Part shown: positions 19,319-29,258 of the stretch, one piece after another
Layout: the number at the start of each line of letters is the position of its first letter
Numbering within the stretch: the first letter of the stretch is position 1
NCBI GenBank assembly: GCA_002352425.1
Contig: DEIK01000074.1
Coordinates: 7,346-71,345 of the forward strand
Reading direction: 5' to 3'
Source: Rhodobacteraceae bacterium UBA2776
Lineage (GTDB): Bacteria > Pseudomonadota > Alphaproteobacteria > Rhodobacterales > Rhodobacteraceae
DNA: 64,000 bases
The notes under the pieces: model-generated
The model's database searches: none
The model's input: only the letters and a program-made list of their open reading frames with translations
What the model was told of the DNA's origin: nothing
Program-made: the position numbers and the translations under genes

Positions 19319-21577
19319 ATGTCGAAAAATTCAAAAGTCACCGCAGAAGAGGCGCTCGCCTATCATCTTGAGCCGAAGCCCGGCAAATTTGAGATTAAGG
19401 CGAGCAAGCCGATGACAACGCAACGCGATTTGTCACTGGCCTATAGCCCCGGTGTGGCCGTTCCCGTGGAAGCAATCGCAGAGAACCCTGAAACGGCATA
19501 TGATTATACGAATAAGGGAAATTTGGTTGCGGTTGTCACCAATGGTACTGCCATTTTGGGCATGGGTAATCTAGGCGCGTTGGCGTCAAAACCTGTAATG
19601 GAAGGCAAGGCTGTTTTGTTCAAACGCTTTGCCGACGTTAATTCGATCGACATCGAATTGGACACCGAAGACCCTGATGAATTCATCAATGCGGTGCGCC
19701 TTATGGGGCCGACATTTGGCGGGATTAACCTTGAGGATATCAAGGCACCGGAATGTTTTATCATAGAGCAGCGTTTAAAAGAAGAAATGGACATTCCTGT
19801 TTTCCACGATGATCAACATGGAACGGCTGTGATTTGTGCTGCTGGATTGATGAATGCGCTGCACCTGTCAGGAAAGAAAATTGAAGATTGTCGTATTGTT
19901 GTGAATGGTGCCGGCGCTGCTGGGATCGCTTGTATTGAGTTGATCAAGTCGATGGGCGCGCTACATGACAACTGCATTTTGTGTGACACAAAAGGGGTGA
20001 TTTTTCAGGGTCGTGAAGAGGGTATGAACCAGTGGAAATCTGCTCATGCTGCCAATACCGAATTGCGTACTTTAGACGAGGCAATGGTGAACGCTGACGT
20101 GTTTCTTGGGGTTTCTGTTAAGGGGGCCGTGACGCCAGAAATGGTCTCTAACATGGCGCATGACCCTGTTATTTTTGCCATGGCCAACCCAGATCCCGAG
20201 ATTACCCCAGAAGAGGCACATGCCGTTCGCGAGGACGCCATCGTTGCGACGGGACGTTCAGATTACCCAAATCAGGTGAATAACGTGCTGGGTTTTCCCT
20301 ACTTGTTTCGGGGTGCGTTGGATATCAACGCGCGCGCTATCAACGATGAAATGAAGATCGCCTGTGCCCGCGCGCTGGCCGATTTGGCACGCGAAGATGT
20401 GCCGGATGAGGTGGCGATGGCCTATGGGCGCAATCTGACGTTTGGGCGGGATTATATCATCCCTGCCCCGTTTGATCCGCGTTTGATTTATCGCATTCCG
20501 CCAGCTGTGGCCAAAGCTGGCATGGACACGGGCGTCGCACGTCGCCCGATTGTCGACATTCATGGCTATGAGGAATCGCTTAAAGCGCGACTTGACCCGA
20601 CCGCTTCGATCCTGCGGGGCATTCACGCCCGCGCCAAGGCGGCGCAGCGAAGGATGATCTTTGCCGAAGGTGACGATGTGCGTGTTTTGCGCGCAGCGGT
20701 TGCCTATCAGCGCGCCGGTTTGGGTCAGGCGCTGGTTGTTGGTCGCGAACCTGATGTGAAGGCCAAATTGGAGGCTGCCGGTATGGCGGATGCAGTGAGT
20801 GAACTTGAAGTGGTGAACGCCGCGAATTCCAAACACCTGCCCGCTTACAAGGCGTTTCTTTATGAGCGGCTTCAACGCAAAGGGCATGACAGGGCGGATA
20901 TTCACAGACTCGCGGCCCGTGATCGCCATGTGTTTTCGGCACTGATGTTGGCACATGGCCATGGCGATGGGTTGGTGACGGGCGCGACCCGTAAATCTGC
21001 CTACGTGTTGGAGCTGATCAACCATGTCTTTGATGCCTCGGCAAAAGATGGGGCTGTTGGGGTAACGGCTGTGCTAAAAGGCGGCAAAATCGTGCTGATT
21101 TCAGACACCTTGGTACATGAATGGCCCGATACAGAAGATTTGGCAACGATTGCCGAGCGCGGCGCAGATGTGGCCAGATCCTTAGGATTAGAGCCGCGTG
21201 TAGCTTTTGTCAGCTTCTCTACGTTTGGCTATCCGGTGTCGGAACGGGCAGAAAAAATGCACCTTGCGCCAGATGTTTTAGCCAAGCGTGGGGTTACCTT
21301 TGAATATGAAGGTGAGATGACGGTTGATGTGGCGCTGAACGCGCAAGCGATGGCGCAATATCCGTTTAGTCGCTTGACGGGTCCAGCCAATGTTTTGGTG
21401 GTTCCGGCGCGGCATTCGGCGTCGATCTCGGTCAAATTGATGCAGGAAATGGCGGGAGCGACGGTGATTGGGCCTATCCTGACGGGCATTGATGCGTCGA
21501 TCCAGATCTGCTCGACTGTTTCGACATCGAACGACATTTTGAACATGGCCGTTTTGGCCGCCTGTAAGGTAGGTTAG
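19319..21577 (+). CDS. maeB: NADP-dependent malic enzyme with C-terminal phosphotransacetylase-like domain
   Basis: SLAYSPGVA, SKPVMEGK, FHDDQHGT, GRSDYPNQVNN; 752 aa. Confidence 0.95.
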   Translation: MSKNSKVTAEEALAYHLEPKPGKFEIKASKPMTTQRDLSLAYSPGVAVPVEAIAENPETAYDYTNKGNLVAVVTNGTAILGMGNLGALASKPVMEGKAVLFKRFADVNSIDIELDTEDPDEFINAVRLMGPTFGGINLEDIKAPECFIIEQRLKEEMDIPVFHDDQHGTAVICAAGLMNALHLSGKKIEDCRIVVNGAGAAGIACIELIKSMGALHDNCILCDTKGVIFQGREEGMNQWKSAHAANTELRTLDEAMVNADVFLGVSVKGAVTPEMVSNMAHDPVIFAMANPDPEITPEEAHAVREDAIVATGRSDYPNQVNNVLGFPYLFRGALDINARAINDEMKIACARALADLAREDVPDEVAMAYGRNLTFGRDYIIPAPFDPRLIYRIPPAVAKAGMDTGVARRPIVDIHGYEESLKARLDPTASILRGIHARAKAAQRRMIFAEGDDVRVLRAAVAYQRAGLGQALVVGREPDVKAKLEAAGMADAVSELEVVNAANSKHLPAYKAFLYERLQRKGHDRADIHRLAARDRHVFSALMLAHGHGDGLVTGATRKSAYVLELINHVFDASAKDGAVGVTAVLKGGKIVLISDTLVHEWPDTEDLATIAERGADVARSLGLEPRVAFVSFSTFGYPVSERAEKMHLAPDVLAKRGVTFEYEGEMTVDVALNAQAMAQYPFSRLTGPANVLVVPARHSASISVKLMQEMAGATVIGPILTGIDASIQICSTVSTSNDILNMAVLAACKVG

Positions 21578-22462
21578 ATGACAATTTTTAACCTTGGATC
21601 GATCAATGCAGATCATATCTACAGGGTTGAGCATTTACCGAATCCGGGGGAAACGCTGTCGGCCAGCAGTTTCGTAACGGGGTTGGGTGGCAAGGGCATT
21701 AATCAATCGGTGGCGGCATCTTTGGCAGGGTCGGATGTTGTCCACATCGGTGCCGTGGGTCTTGATGGGGCTTGGGCGGTTGATCAGATTTCCGGCTACG
21801 GGATTGATACGCGATTTATCGACCGGATTGAGACACCAACAGGTCATGCCATCGTGAATGTTGATCAAGGTGGTGAAAATGCGATTGTCATTTTTTCCGG
21901 CGCAAACAATTGCCAGAGCATTGAGCAAATTCAAGCGGCGCTGGGCGGCGCTAAGGCCGGTGACATTTTGTTGTTGCAGAATGAAACTGACCTTCAGGCT
22001 GAAGCAGCGCGTATTGCGCGAGGGCTTGGGATGAAGGTGATCTACTCTGCTGCTCCATTTTCCGTTGAGGCGGTGAAAGGTGTGTTGGATAACGTATCTG
22101 TTTTGATGATGAACAAAGTAGAATCAGAGCAGCTTTGCGCAAGGTTAGAGACTGTTTTGTTTGATTTACCCGTATCTGACATCGTTGTAACCAAGGGATC
22201 TGATGGCGCTGATTGGTTGTGCCCTGCAACGGGTAAGACCCTTAACGTCGCTTCGTTTCCAGTCACGGCGATTGACACCACGGCAGCGGGTGACACGTTT
22301 GCAGGGTATTTTGCTGCGGGCCTTGACCAAGGGCAAAGCATTCAGGACGCGATGATGCTGGGGTCAGCGGCAGCGGCCATAAAAGTGACACGCAAAGGCA
22401 CCGCTGATGCGATCCCAATGCGAGCCGAGATTGATGCCTTTTTGAAAGAAAACCGTTCCTAG
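21578..22462 (+). CDS. rbsK: Ribokinase / PfkB family carbohydrate kinase
   Basis: [20 protein letters not shown] motifs; substrate not certain; ATG directly follows maeB TAG. Confidence 0.85.
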   Translation: MTIFNLGSINADHIYRVEHLPNPGETLSASSFVTGLGGKGINQSVAASLAGSDVVHIGAVGLDGAWAVDQISGYGIDTRFIDRIETPTGHAIVNVDQGGENAIVIFSGANNCQSIEQIQAALGGAKAGDILLLQNETDLQAEAARIARGLGMKVIYSAAPFSVEAVKGVLDNVSVLMMNKVESEQLCARLETVLFDLPVSDIVVTKGSDGADWLCPATGKTLNVASFPVTAIDTTAAGDTFAGYFAAGLDQGQSIQDAMMLGSAAAAIKVTRKGTADAIPMRAEIDAFLKENRS

Positions 22463-23127
22463 TGCGAATTTGCGAATGGTGCTGCTTTGCCCCATAGTTT
22501 GCGAACCTTAGCGTCACGACCACAGGCTTTGCGATAAGCTTTGTACGCGGAGGATTGGCGTTTGGGCCCGAACCGCGTCACAACCAGCTTGGTCCCTTTG
22601 TAGTAGTTCTGATGATAAGCTTCGGCATCATAGAACTGCTTGGCGGTCAAAACCGGCGTTGCGATTTTTTGACCAAGGTCTTTGGCTGCTTGGGCAATGG
22701 CGGCGGTAGCCGTTGATTTTTGGCCTTCATTAGAGACGAATATGGCTGTTTTATAGGGGCTACCACGGTCGCAGAATTGGCCACCAGCGTCGGTGGGATC
22801 AATTGACCTTAGAAACAAGTTCAGCAAAGTTGCATAGCTGACTTTGCCGGAGTCGTAGGTGATTTTTACCGCTTCAAAATGCCCTGTGCCGCCGCGACCG
22901 ACCTGTTTGTAAGTTGGGTTTTTGGTGGTGCCGCCTGTGTAGCCGGACACGGCCTCAATCACGCCAGGGACGCCTTCGAAATCGGATTCAACGCACCAAA
23001 AACACCCACCAGCCACCACCATGGTTTCAGTTTTGCCCGCATGGGCCTGTGTGCAATTTAGTGACAGGCCTATGACGATCGCGATAAGTAGGGCCAATGG
23101 TTTCATTTGGTTGATTGATAAATGCAT
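22459..23127 (-). CDS. msrA: Peptide-methionine (S)-S-oxide reductase MsrA with N-terminal signal peptide
   Basis: [30 protein letters not shown]; hydrophobic leader ending AHA; ATG 23127 has a GGGAG SD. Confidence 0.93.
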   Translation of the reverse strand: MHLSINQMKPLALLIAIVIGLSLNCTQAHAGKTETMVVAGGCFWCVESDFEGVPGVIEAVSGYTGGTTKNPTYKQVGRGGTGHFEAVKITYDSGKVSYATLLNLFLRSIDPTDAGGQFCDRGSPYKTAIFVSNEGQKSTATAAIAQAAKDLGQKIATPVLTAKQFYDAEAYHQNYYKGTKLVVTRFGPKRQSSAYKAYRKACGRDAKVRKLWGKAAPFANSH

Positions 23128-23256
23128 GAGGTTGCTCCCTTTTGGGGGCAACATTCATTAGAACCAAGAACCAAACAACGACAAAACCGCGTTATCACGT
23201 AGCGGTGATTGAAATTTACCGCTTGGCGCATTGATGCGGGATGGCTACTGCTTTGA

Positions 23257-23525
23257 GTGTCAGCAGGAAACAGGAACTTCAAAAATAAAAATTGCGATAT
23301 GGTCTGGGCCGAGCTGTTTTATGTGCCCTACCTGACAGCAACAGGGCTAAAGCATCCAATGCGCAACGAAATCATCGCGGCGGGTGAGCCGGATCCGGAT
23401 AAGGTTGCGGCACAGTTGGTTGGGGCCGAGGCAGAGCTGCCCCAGCTGACCGATGATTATGCTACCTGACGGAAGAGGCGCTGCCATACTATGAAAAGCT
23501 GGCAGCGGCCAAGATTAGTCCTTGA
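23257..23525 (+). pseudogene. Remnant of a sulfotransferase-like (Sulfotransfer_5-type) gene with internal deletion and frameshift
   Basis: VWAELFYVPYLTATGLKHPMRNEIIAAGEPDP resembles the family N-terminus; joined directly to ELPQLTDDY; then [20 protein letters not shown] in a shifted frame resembles the family C-terminus. Confidence 0.65.
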
Positions 23526-24741
23526 GGCGTCTGTCGCGGGCGGCCAACAATTTCAAACGCAGGGCGTTGATTTTGATAAACCCAGCGGCGTCAGCCTGAT
23601 CGTAGGCCCCCGCATCATCCTCGAAGGTCACATGCTCTTCGGAATAGAGCGAGTGGTCTGACCAGCGGCCAACCGTTTGAACCATACCTTTGTACAGTTT
23701 CAGGCGGACGGTTCCGGTGACGTGTTCTTGGGATTGATCAATCAAGGCCTGCAGCATGTCGCGTTCGGGCGAGAACCAGAAACCGTTGTAAATCAGCTCG
23801 GCATATTTTGGCATCAGCTCGTCTTTTAGATGCGCCGCGCCACGGTCCAGGGTGATGCTCTCGATGCCGCGGTGGGCCTCGAGCATAATGGTGCCGCCGG
23901 GTGTTTCATAAATTCCGCGGGATTTCATGCCGACAAAGCGCCCTTCAACCAGATCAAGACGGCCAATGCCGTGTTTGCCGCCCAGTTCGTTCAGGGCCGT
24001 GAGCATTTCGGCGGGCGACAATGGCTTGCCATCAATCGCAACGGGATCGCCGCGCTCATATGTGATTTCGACAAATTCTGGTGTGTCAGGCGCATCTTCG
24101 GGGTTAACGGTGCGTTGGTAAACGTAATCGGGTGCCTCAATGGCTGGGTCTTCCAGCACTTTGCCCTCAGACGAGGTGTGCAATAGGTTCGCGTCGACCG
24201 AAAATGGGGCCTCGCCGCGCTTGTCTTTGGCGATTGGGATTTGGTGCTGTTCAGCGAATTCCAGCAACCGTGTGCGGCTGGATAGGTCCCATTCGCGCCA
24301 AGGTGCGATGACCTTGATTTCGGGGTTCAACGCATAGGCGGCCAGTTCGAACCGAACCTGATCGTTGCCCTTGCCTGTCGCACCGTGGGACACGGCATCG
24401 GCACCTGATTCAGCGGCGATCTCGACCAAGCGTTTTGAGATCAGCGGGCGTGCGATGGAGGTGCCAAGCAGATACAGCCCCTCATATTGGGCATTGGCGC
24501 GGAACATTGGGAACACAAAGTCACGCACGAATTCTTCGCGCAGATCTTCGATATGGATGTTCTCTGGTTTAACGCCTAACAGCTCGGCTTTTTTGCGGGC
24601 GGGCTCCAGCTCTTCACCCTGCCCCAAATCGGCGGTGAATGTCACGACTTCACAGCCATATTCGATTTCAAGCCATTTCAAAATGATCGAGGTATCAAGG
24701 CCGCCAGAGTAGGCCAGAACAACTTTTTTAGGCGCAGACAT
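23515..24741 (-). CDS. argG: Argininosuccinate synthase
   Basis: [36 protein letters not shown]. Confidence 0.98.
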   Translation of the reverse strand: MSAPKKVVLAYSGGLDTSIILKWLEIEYGCEVVTFTADLGQGEELEPARKKAELLGVKPENIHIEDLREEFVRDFVFPMFRANAQYEGLYLLGTSIARPLISKRLVEIAAESGADAVSHGATGKGNDQVRFELAAYALNPEIKVIAPWREWDLSSRTRLLEFAEQHQIPIAKDKRGEAPFSVDANLLHTSSEGKVLEDPAIEAPDYVYQRTVNPEDAPDTPEFVEITYERGDPVAIDGKPLSPAEMLTALNELGGKHGIGRLDLVEGRFVGMKSRGIYETPGGTIMLEAHRGIESITLDRGAAHLKDELMPKYAELIYNGFWFSPERDMLQALIDQSQEHVTGTVRLKLYKGMVQTVGRWSDHSLYSEEHVTFEDDAGAYDQADAAGFIKINALRLKLLAARDRRLKD

Positions 24742-24874
24742 GTGTTTCTCCAACATCTGTTAGGTTTGGGTCGCGATTACGCCTATTTTGACCAAAGGGC
24801 AAGGCGTGTGCAGTTGACCCGCTGCCTTTGTGGTGCGTATCAACACGAAACAGGTTTTATACAATGGGTGTCAG

Positions 24875-25669
24875 ATGCAAGGCTGGAAAATTTTTATTCA
24901 TTCGGTGCGGATGGTTTTTAGGAATTTGGGCCCTGCGTTGCGCATTTCCGGGGTGTTGTATGTGATTTACATTATTGTAAACCTCTATTTCACATTGAAC
25001 TTCAATGACGATCTGGTTCAACTTCAAATCAGCATGTCGAAAGGTGAAGTTCCGACGGAACTGCCAAGTGGCTTGATCTCAACGATGATATTGAATATTT
25101 TTGTCAGCCTGTTGAGCAGCCTTTGGATTTCGGTGCTTTGGCACAGATATGTTTTGCTTGAGCAAATTCCTGAAACGGTAGTCCCGCCGCTCTATTTGGA
25201 CAAGATTTTGAGGTATTTGGGGAAGACCATCCAGTTATCGCTTTTTCTTGGTGTTGTCGTTGTTGCGATGGGTTTGTTGCTGGGGTTCGCGCTTGAACTG
25301 TTTTTGGGGGTCTTTGCCGCGATGGCCATCCCGCTAATTTTGTTGGGCGTGATGCTATATCTATCATACCGGCTTGCGCTTGTTTTTCCGGCCGTGGCAT
25401 TGGGCGAGTCGATGAGCTTCAAAACCTCATGGGAGAAAACGACAGCGGCATCGGGGGCGATCGCGCAATTGGCTGTGATCGCAGTTGTTTTTGTGATTCT
25501 TATTCAAGTGCCGAGCAATATGAATCCTGATACGACATCTGTCATTAATTTGACCTATGCTTATGTGGTGGGATGGATTGTGATGATGGTTGGCATCAGT
25601 GTTTTGACCACGCTTTACGGAATTTATGTTGAGGGACGAGAGCACGATAATGCCGAAATTTTCCGATAG
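24875..25669 (+). CDS. Hypothetical multi-pass membrane protein
   Basis: About six hydrophobic segments, WHRYVLL motif; upstream of and overlapping ilvA; start uncertain (24830 or 24875). Confidence 0.75.
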   Translation: MQGWKIFIHSVRMVFRNLGPALRISGVLYVIYIIVNLYFTLNFNDDLVQLQISMSKGEVPTELPSGLISTMILNIFVSLLSSLWISVLWHRYVLLEQIPETVVPPLYLDKILRYLGKTIQLSLFLGVVVVAMGLLLGFALELFLGVFAAMAIPLILLGVMLYLSYRLALVFPAVALGESMSFKTSWEKTTAASGAIAQLAVIAVVFVILIQVPSNMNPDTTSVINLTYAYVVGWIVMMVGISVLTTLYGIYVEGREHDNAEIFR

Positions 25670-26888
25670 AGCCCATGCTGCGACCAAAGCCATGCGGGCG
25701 CTGTTCGCGCCAACGCCGTTGCAGCGTAACGATCATTTGTCAGCGCGCTTTGAGGCTGATATCTGGCTAAAACGCGAGGACCTGTCGCCAGTTCGATCCT
25801 ATAAAATTCGCGGTGCGCTGAATGCAATGCGCAAAGTGGTCGATGAGCAGGACGTGTTTGTTTGTGCCAGTGCTGGAAATCACGCGCAGGGTGTGGCATT
25901 TGTTTGTCGTCATTTCGGGGTTCTAGGTGTTGTTTTCATGCCTGTTACGACGCCGCAACAAAAGGTCAACAAGACCCGTATTTTTGGCGGCGACAACATC
26001 GAAATCCGTTTGATCGGGGACTATTTTGATGACACATTGGCCAGCGCCAAAACCTACTGTGATGAGGTTGGCGCGCATTTTCTATCGCCCTTTGATGATG
26101 CGGATGTGATTGAGGGGCAGGCCTCGGTCGCGGTGGAAGTTCTTGAACAGATGGGGCGCGCACCTGACATGATGGTCCTGCCTGTTGGTGGCGGGGGGCT
26201 GTCGTCCGGGATTAAATCATATCTGTCGGTTTGCGCTCCGGAAGCTGACCTTCGATATGTTGAACCCAGCGGTGGGCCTAGCCTGACGATGGCCGTCGCC
26301 AATGGTGCGCCAATGACCTTGGACAGAGTTGACAGTTTTGTTGACGGCGCTGCGGTTGCGCGCATCGGTGATCAAAATTTCGCTGTGCTTAAAAATGTGC
26401 CCACGGAGGACATCCTGTTGGCCCCTGAGGATAGGATTTGCACAACGATTGTTGAGATGTTGAATGTCGAAGGCGTGGTACTGGAACCTGCGGGTGCGCT
26501 GTCGATTGATGCTCTGCCGGATTTGGCAGAGCAGATTAAAGGTAAAACTGTGGTTTGTGTGACATCCGGCGGAAACTTTGATTTTGAACGGTTGCCAGAA
26601 GTTAAAGAGCGGGCGCAGCGGTATCTGGGGCTAAAAAAGTATTTCATCCTACGCCTGCCGCAGCGGCCTGGCGCGCTCAAGGATTTTTTGGCAATTTTGG
26701 GACCAGATGACAACATTGCACGCTTCGAGTATTTAAAGAAATCTGCTCGAAACTTTGGATCGGTTTTGATTGGTATTGAAACCAGTGATGCCAAAAACTT
26801 TGATGTATTGGTTCAGAAAATTGATGATGCAGGTTTTACATTTAGCGATATTACAACTGATGAGGCTGTCGCAGAGTTTATCATCTAG
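25650..26888 (+). CDS. ilvA: Threonine ammonia-lyase (biosynthetic, short form)
   Basis: KREDLSPVRSYKIRGA, CASAGNHAQG, SGGNFD, RPGALKDFL regulatory domain. Confidence 0.96.
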   Translation: MPKFSDRAHAATKAMRALFAPTPLQRNDHLSARFEADIWLKREDLSPVRSYKIRGALNAMRKVVDEQDVFVCASAGNHAQGVAFVCRHFGVLGVVFMPVTTPQQKVNKTRIFGGDNIEIRLIGDYFDDTLASAKTYCDEVGAHFLSPFDDADVIEGQASVAVEVLEQMGRAPDMMVLPVGGGGLSSGIKSYLSVCAPEADLRYVEPSGGPSLTMAVANGAPMTLDRVDSFVDGAAVARIGDQNFAVLKNVPTEDILLAPEDRICTTIVEMLNVEGVVLEPAGALSIDALPDLAEQIKGKTVVCVTSGGNFDFERLPEVKERAQRYLGLKKYFILRLPQRPGALKDFLAILGPDDNIARFEYLKKSARNFGSVLIGIETSDAKNFDVLVQKIDDAGFTFSDITTDEAVAEFII

Positions 26889-27217
26889 GCGGCCATCGTC
26901 CTACTTAAATGTTCTTGGAAAACAGCTTTGGATTGGGCATAGGAATCATAGATGTCGTTCAGGCAAATCGTTTCAGACTGCCCGTTTCCAGCTGCAGTTT
27001 CGCCAGCCTGACAAAGGCGGCTGAAATCCGCAAACCCAAGGTTAAGCGCGCTACCTTTGAGAAAATGCATGTCTTCTTCCAGTGTCGACAGATCCGGTGT
27101 CGCGATCATACGCACCATAGTACCCTCGACTTCCTCCAGGAACATGGCGCTCACTTCACAAAAATCTTCGACTCCGACTTCATCTCGTAACTCATTTACG
27201 CGATCCCAATTGATCAT
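26885..27217 (-). CDS. Stand-alone Hpt (histidine phosphotransfer) domain protein
   Basis: HFLKGSALNLG Hpt motif; 110 aa. Confidence 0.9.
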   Translation of the reverse strand: MINWDRVNELRDEVGVEDFCEVSAMFLEEVEGTMVRMIATPDLSTLEEDMHFLKGSALNLGFADFSRLCQAGETAAGNGQSETICLNDIYDSYAQSKAVFQEHLSRTMAA

Positions 27218-27323
27218 TTTCCCACTCCTTACATTCGTTTAATCGTCCCACACCGGTCTCTTGTAATAGGGCGCCATTAACAAAAAGTGATGTAGTCAAT
27301 GTATAATCATTCAATTTTTATCA

Positions 27324-27338
27324 TTCACCCTGTCTTAA
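27324..27338 (+). promoter_or_regulatory. Candidate CtrA box
   Basis: TTCA-N7-TTAA, one mismatch to TTAA-N7-TTAA, 50 bp upstream of the receiver-PP2C gene. Confidence 0.4.
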
Positions 27339-27388
27339 ATGGTTGCTGGCAAAAAGGATTCTAACTGGGGCAAACGTCCCGTTTTCAG

Positions 27389-28687
27389 GTGAAAATAATG
27401 GCGCAAAATGCTGTCCAACCGGGCGCAGAAATCTCGGATGCTGAACATGGCGAGATCGACGCAACCAAACGTGTTTTGGTTGTTGACGACAGCCGTGCGC
27501 AACGACACCTTCTATGCTCGATGCTCAAGCGCTGGGGGTATGAGGTGCTTGAGGCTGACTCTGGTCATTCTGCGCTGGAAATCTGTCAGCAAGAGCCGCT
27601 TGATTTGATCCTAAGTGATTGGATGATGCCGGGTATGGATGGGCTGGAGTTTTGCAAAGAGTTTCGCAAACTTGAACGTGATAACTATGGCTATTTTATC
27701 CTGCTGACCTCTAAAAGTGAAAAAGATGAGGTTGCGCATGGATTGGATATTGGTGCCGATGACTTTTTGGCTAAACCGGTAAACGCCAGTGAATTGCGCG
27801 CCCGTATGCGCGCCGGCGAACGCATTCAGCAAATGGAGCGCGAGCTGACCGAAAAGAACCGCACAGTCACCGATGCGCTGGCGGAAATTCAGTGCCTTTA
27901 TGACATTATTGACCGTGACCTGATCGAGGCTAAGAAACTGCAGCAATCATTGGTCAAAGAGCGGTATCGCGATTTTGGTGCAGCTGAAGTGTCGCTGTTG
28001 TTGCGCCCTAGTGGTCACGTTGGCGGGGATTTGGTTGGTTTCTTTCCGATCAACAGCACACAAATCGGGCTGTTTTCGATTGATGTCTCGGGGCACGGTA
28101 TCACATCGGCTTTAATGACCGCACGATTGGCTGGTTTTTTATCAGGGTCGAACCCTGATCAGAATCTGGCGCTGGAGCATTGTGAAGGGGGTGGATACGC
28201 TGCTCGTAGTCCAGCAGTTGTAACTGAAAACCTCAATCGCATTGTGCTGGAGGAAATGGAGACTGAGCATTATTTTACTTTGCTTCTCGCACATTTCGAC
28301 CTTTCCACGGGTGTTGTCGTCTTCACACAGGCTGGCCATCCGCACCCGGCGCTTCAACGGACGGATGGAGCGGTTGAGTACTGTGGCCAGGGCGGCTTAC
28401 CTGTTGGGTTGTTGCCTGGCGCGACCTATGAGGATTGTGACATCAGGCTATATGCGGGCGATCGGCTGTTTTTGATGTCGGACGGCATTACCGAATGCCC
28501 TGACAAAGATGGTGAAATGCTGGACGAAGAAGGTGTGGCAAAGATGCTTGATCGCAACATTTTGACCCGTGGTGAACAATTCCTAGAGGCGGTTATGTGG
28601 GATCTGAATGAATACTCTGGTGGTCAGGATTTTCCGGACGACATTTCAGCTATTTTGCTTGAATACAACGGGTCGGAAAAATCCTAG
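27389..28687 (+). CDS. Response regulator receiver fused to PP2C/SpoIIE phosphatase (RsbU/RbaY-like)
   Basis: VVDD...SDWMMP...KP receiver; VGGD, DVSGHG, AGHP, SDG, DDIS PP2C motifs. Confidence 0.92.
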   Translation: MKIMAQNAVQPGAEISDAEHGEIDATKRVLVVDDSRAQRHLLCSMLKRWGYEVLEADSGHSALEICQQEPLDLILSDWMMPGMDGLEFCKEFRKLERDNYGYFILLTSKSEKDEVAHGLDIGADDFLAKPVNASELRARMRAGERIQQMERELTEKNRTVTDALAEIQCLYDIIDRDLIEAKKLQQSLVKERYRDFGAAEVSLLLRPSGHVGGDLVGFFPINSTQIGLFSIDVSGHGITSALMTARLAGFLSGSNPDQNLALEHCEGGGYAARSPAVVTENLNRIVLEEMETEHYFTLLLAHFDLSTGVVVFTQAGHPHPALQRTDGAVEYCGQGGLPVGLLPGATYEDCDIRLYAGDRLFLMSDGITECPDKDGEMLDEEGVAKMLDRNILTRGEQFLEAVMWDLNEYSGGQDFPDDISAILLEYNGSEKS

Positions 28688-28694
28688 TTTTGGC

Positions 28695-29132
28695 CTAGTC
28701 AAACAATTGCCTGATAAAGTGACGATCACCTTCATTGGCCAACTGATGCTCGGCGTCATGCGCATCCATCCAAACGGCCAAATGCCCTGCTTCTGTCGGC
28801 TCCCCTAGCGCACGAACCGGACGGGCCACGTATATGTGACACAGTTTCTCTGCCCATAAATCATATTCTGGCATATAGGTGAAACGGCGAAACGCACCCA
28901 GTTTGCGGGGGGCTGAAACCTTCCAGCCAGTTTCTTCTATCACCTCGCGATATAGCGCCTGCAATGGTGATTCACCTGCATCAATCCCGCCACCCGGCAG
29001 TTGATATTCCGGTGTGGGTTGTGCTTGGTGTGTGACCAGAACATCATTGCCAAGCGGCAAAATGGCATAGGCACCGGCCCGCATTATATATCGCTTTCCA
29101 GCCACTGTAGGTTCGCCAAATCGCCGGATCAT
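28695..29132 (-). CDS. NUDIX hydrolase
   Basis: GGGIDAGESPLQALYREVIEETG Nudix box. Confidence 0.9.
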   Translation of the reverse strand: MIRRFGEPTVAGKRYIMRAGAYAILPLGNDVLVTHQAQPTPEYQLPGGGIDAGESPLQALYREVIEETGWKVSAPRKLGAFRRFTYMPEYDLWAEKLCHIYVARPVRALGEPTEAGHLAVWMDAHDAEHQLANEGDRHFIRQLFD

Positions 29133-29258
29133 CTTTTCTTTCTCCAATCAGTACCCATCTGTTGTGAATTCGCGGGGCTGCGGAATCAACTACATTCGTT
29201 AGGTTGCCCTGCTCAAACAGTCGCGCTATGCCAGAATGAACGCGCAAAGGAAGATCAG

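Noticed and set aside
23186-23223. Alternative pairings ACCGC/GCGGT/ACCGC upstream of msrA suggesting a switch
   Set aside because: Stems are short (5-8 bp), the transcribed strand and TSS are unknown, and there is no aptamer resemblance
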